Part shown: piece by piece, positions 63,272-64,000 of the stretch | Position numbering within the stretch: position 1 is the stretch's first letter | How the letters are laid out: each line of letters starts with the position of its first letter | Origin: Pocillopora damicornis | Lineage: Eukaryota | Assembly (NCBI RefSeq): GCF_003704095.1 | Contig: NW_020847499.1 | Location: forward strand, 310,001-374,000 | Length of the DNA stretch: 64,000 bases | Direction of reading: 5' to 3' | Position numbers and translations under genes: made by a program | The notes under the pieces: model-generated | What the model saw: only the letters and a program-made list of their open reading frames with translations | Database searches by the model: none | What the model was told of the DNA's origin: nothing

Positions 63272-64000
63272 CTGAGAAAAGACAATTTCCACTTCATTTC
63301 AGTAAGTATCGCAAGAATTTCATTTAAAAATGTGCACACAATTTCTTCCGCATTTTATTTTCTTCCGTTTTAAAGTATATTTTATTATAGAAAGGGACGG
63401 GGGGTGTTAAAGGGGAAGAGGGGAAGGGGGTAAGGGGGAAGGGGGGAAGGGTCGGGTGACTTTTTAGTTTCACAATAAATTTACCTCATTTGAAATTTAA
63501 GGTTTAAATATATTTTTTCTATACTACAACAATGCAATAACTGGATAGTTGACCCCATCAAAAAAACCTTGCTCTCGAGCAAGGTTTCTAAAGGAGGAAA
63601 ATGGGATAATTTTCTTTTATCCACTCCCCCTTATACTCTGTTATCGACGACTGTTTCCCATATGTCCCCCCTGAAAACCATGTCCCAAAAATCCTCTGCA
63701 CCGCACAATGATAACTGGTCTCTCGTGTTTTAAAAGGAAAGGGTTAAAAAAAAGCTAAACCAAGAGACTATCAATATTCTCTTGGCTAAACATAATACAG
63801 TCATAACTGTATTAAACGGTCACCCACGGGGATTGGCGCTTAATGCAGGTTACGCATAAAAGGGGTAAGATGCAAAACGATAAAAACGTCACTTTGTGCC
63901 AATAATTAACCATTTATATTAAAAATCTTGCTCAAAATTCTAAGAATGTTAATTTTGCGGGAGATATATGGATTAAATTTTACTTCAAAGATTGTTGTTA

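Overview
AT-rich, intron-containing eukaryotic DNA. The gene content and repeat families suggest a cnidarian, probably a stony coral (inference). Exon structures were read by hand from GT-AG signals and reading phase. Conserved genes: (1) an astacin-family metalloprotease with an F5/8 type C (discoidin) domain on the minus strand, six exons visible and running off the window start; (2) a three-exon MARCH1/8-type RING-CH E3 ligase on the plus strand; (3) two tail-to-tail duplicated LIM-domain-only (LMO1/3-like) genes. The most interesting signal is four small secreted prepropeptide genes, all on the minus strand (20.0-20.3, 25.1-25.7, 31.8-33.7 and 62.9-63.3 kb). All four have signal peptides and dibasic convertase sites, three have Gly-basic amidation signals, and each has a splice acceptor at or just before the ATG. 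Three encode X-Pro-Cys disulfide-ring peptides (PCISWQC, PCISWEC, PCLTRDC, PGCLSWFC, PCSSGGC, PCFPLC) that I do not recognise as any named family. A possible fifth peptide gene is nested in astacin intron 1. The rest is MITE-like repeats, Penelope-like remnants with decayed hammerhead motifs, a decayed LINE 3' end, a hexamer minisatellite and two assembly gaps.
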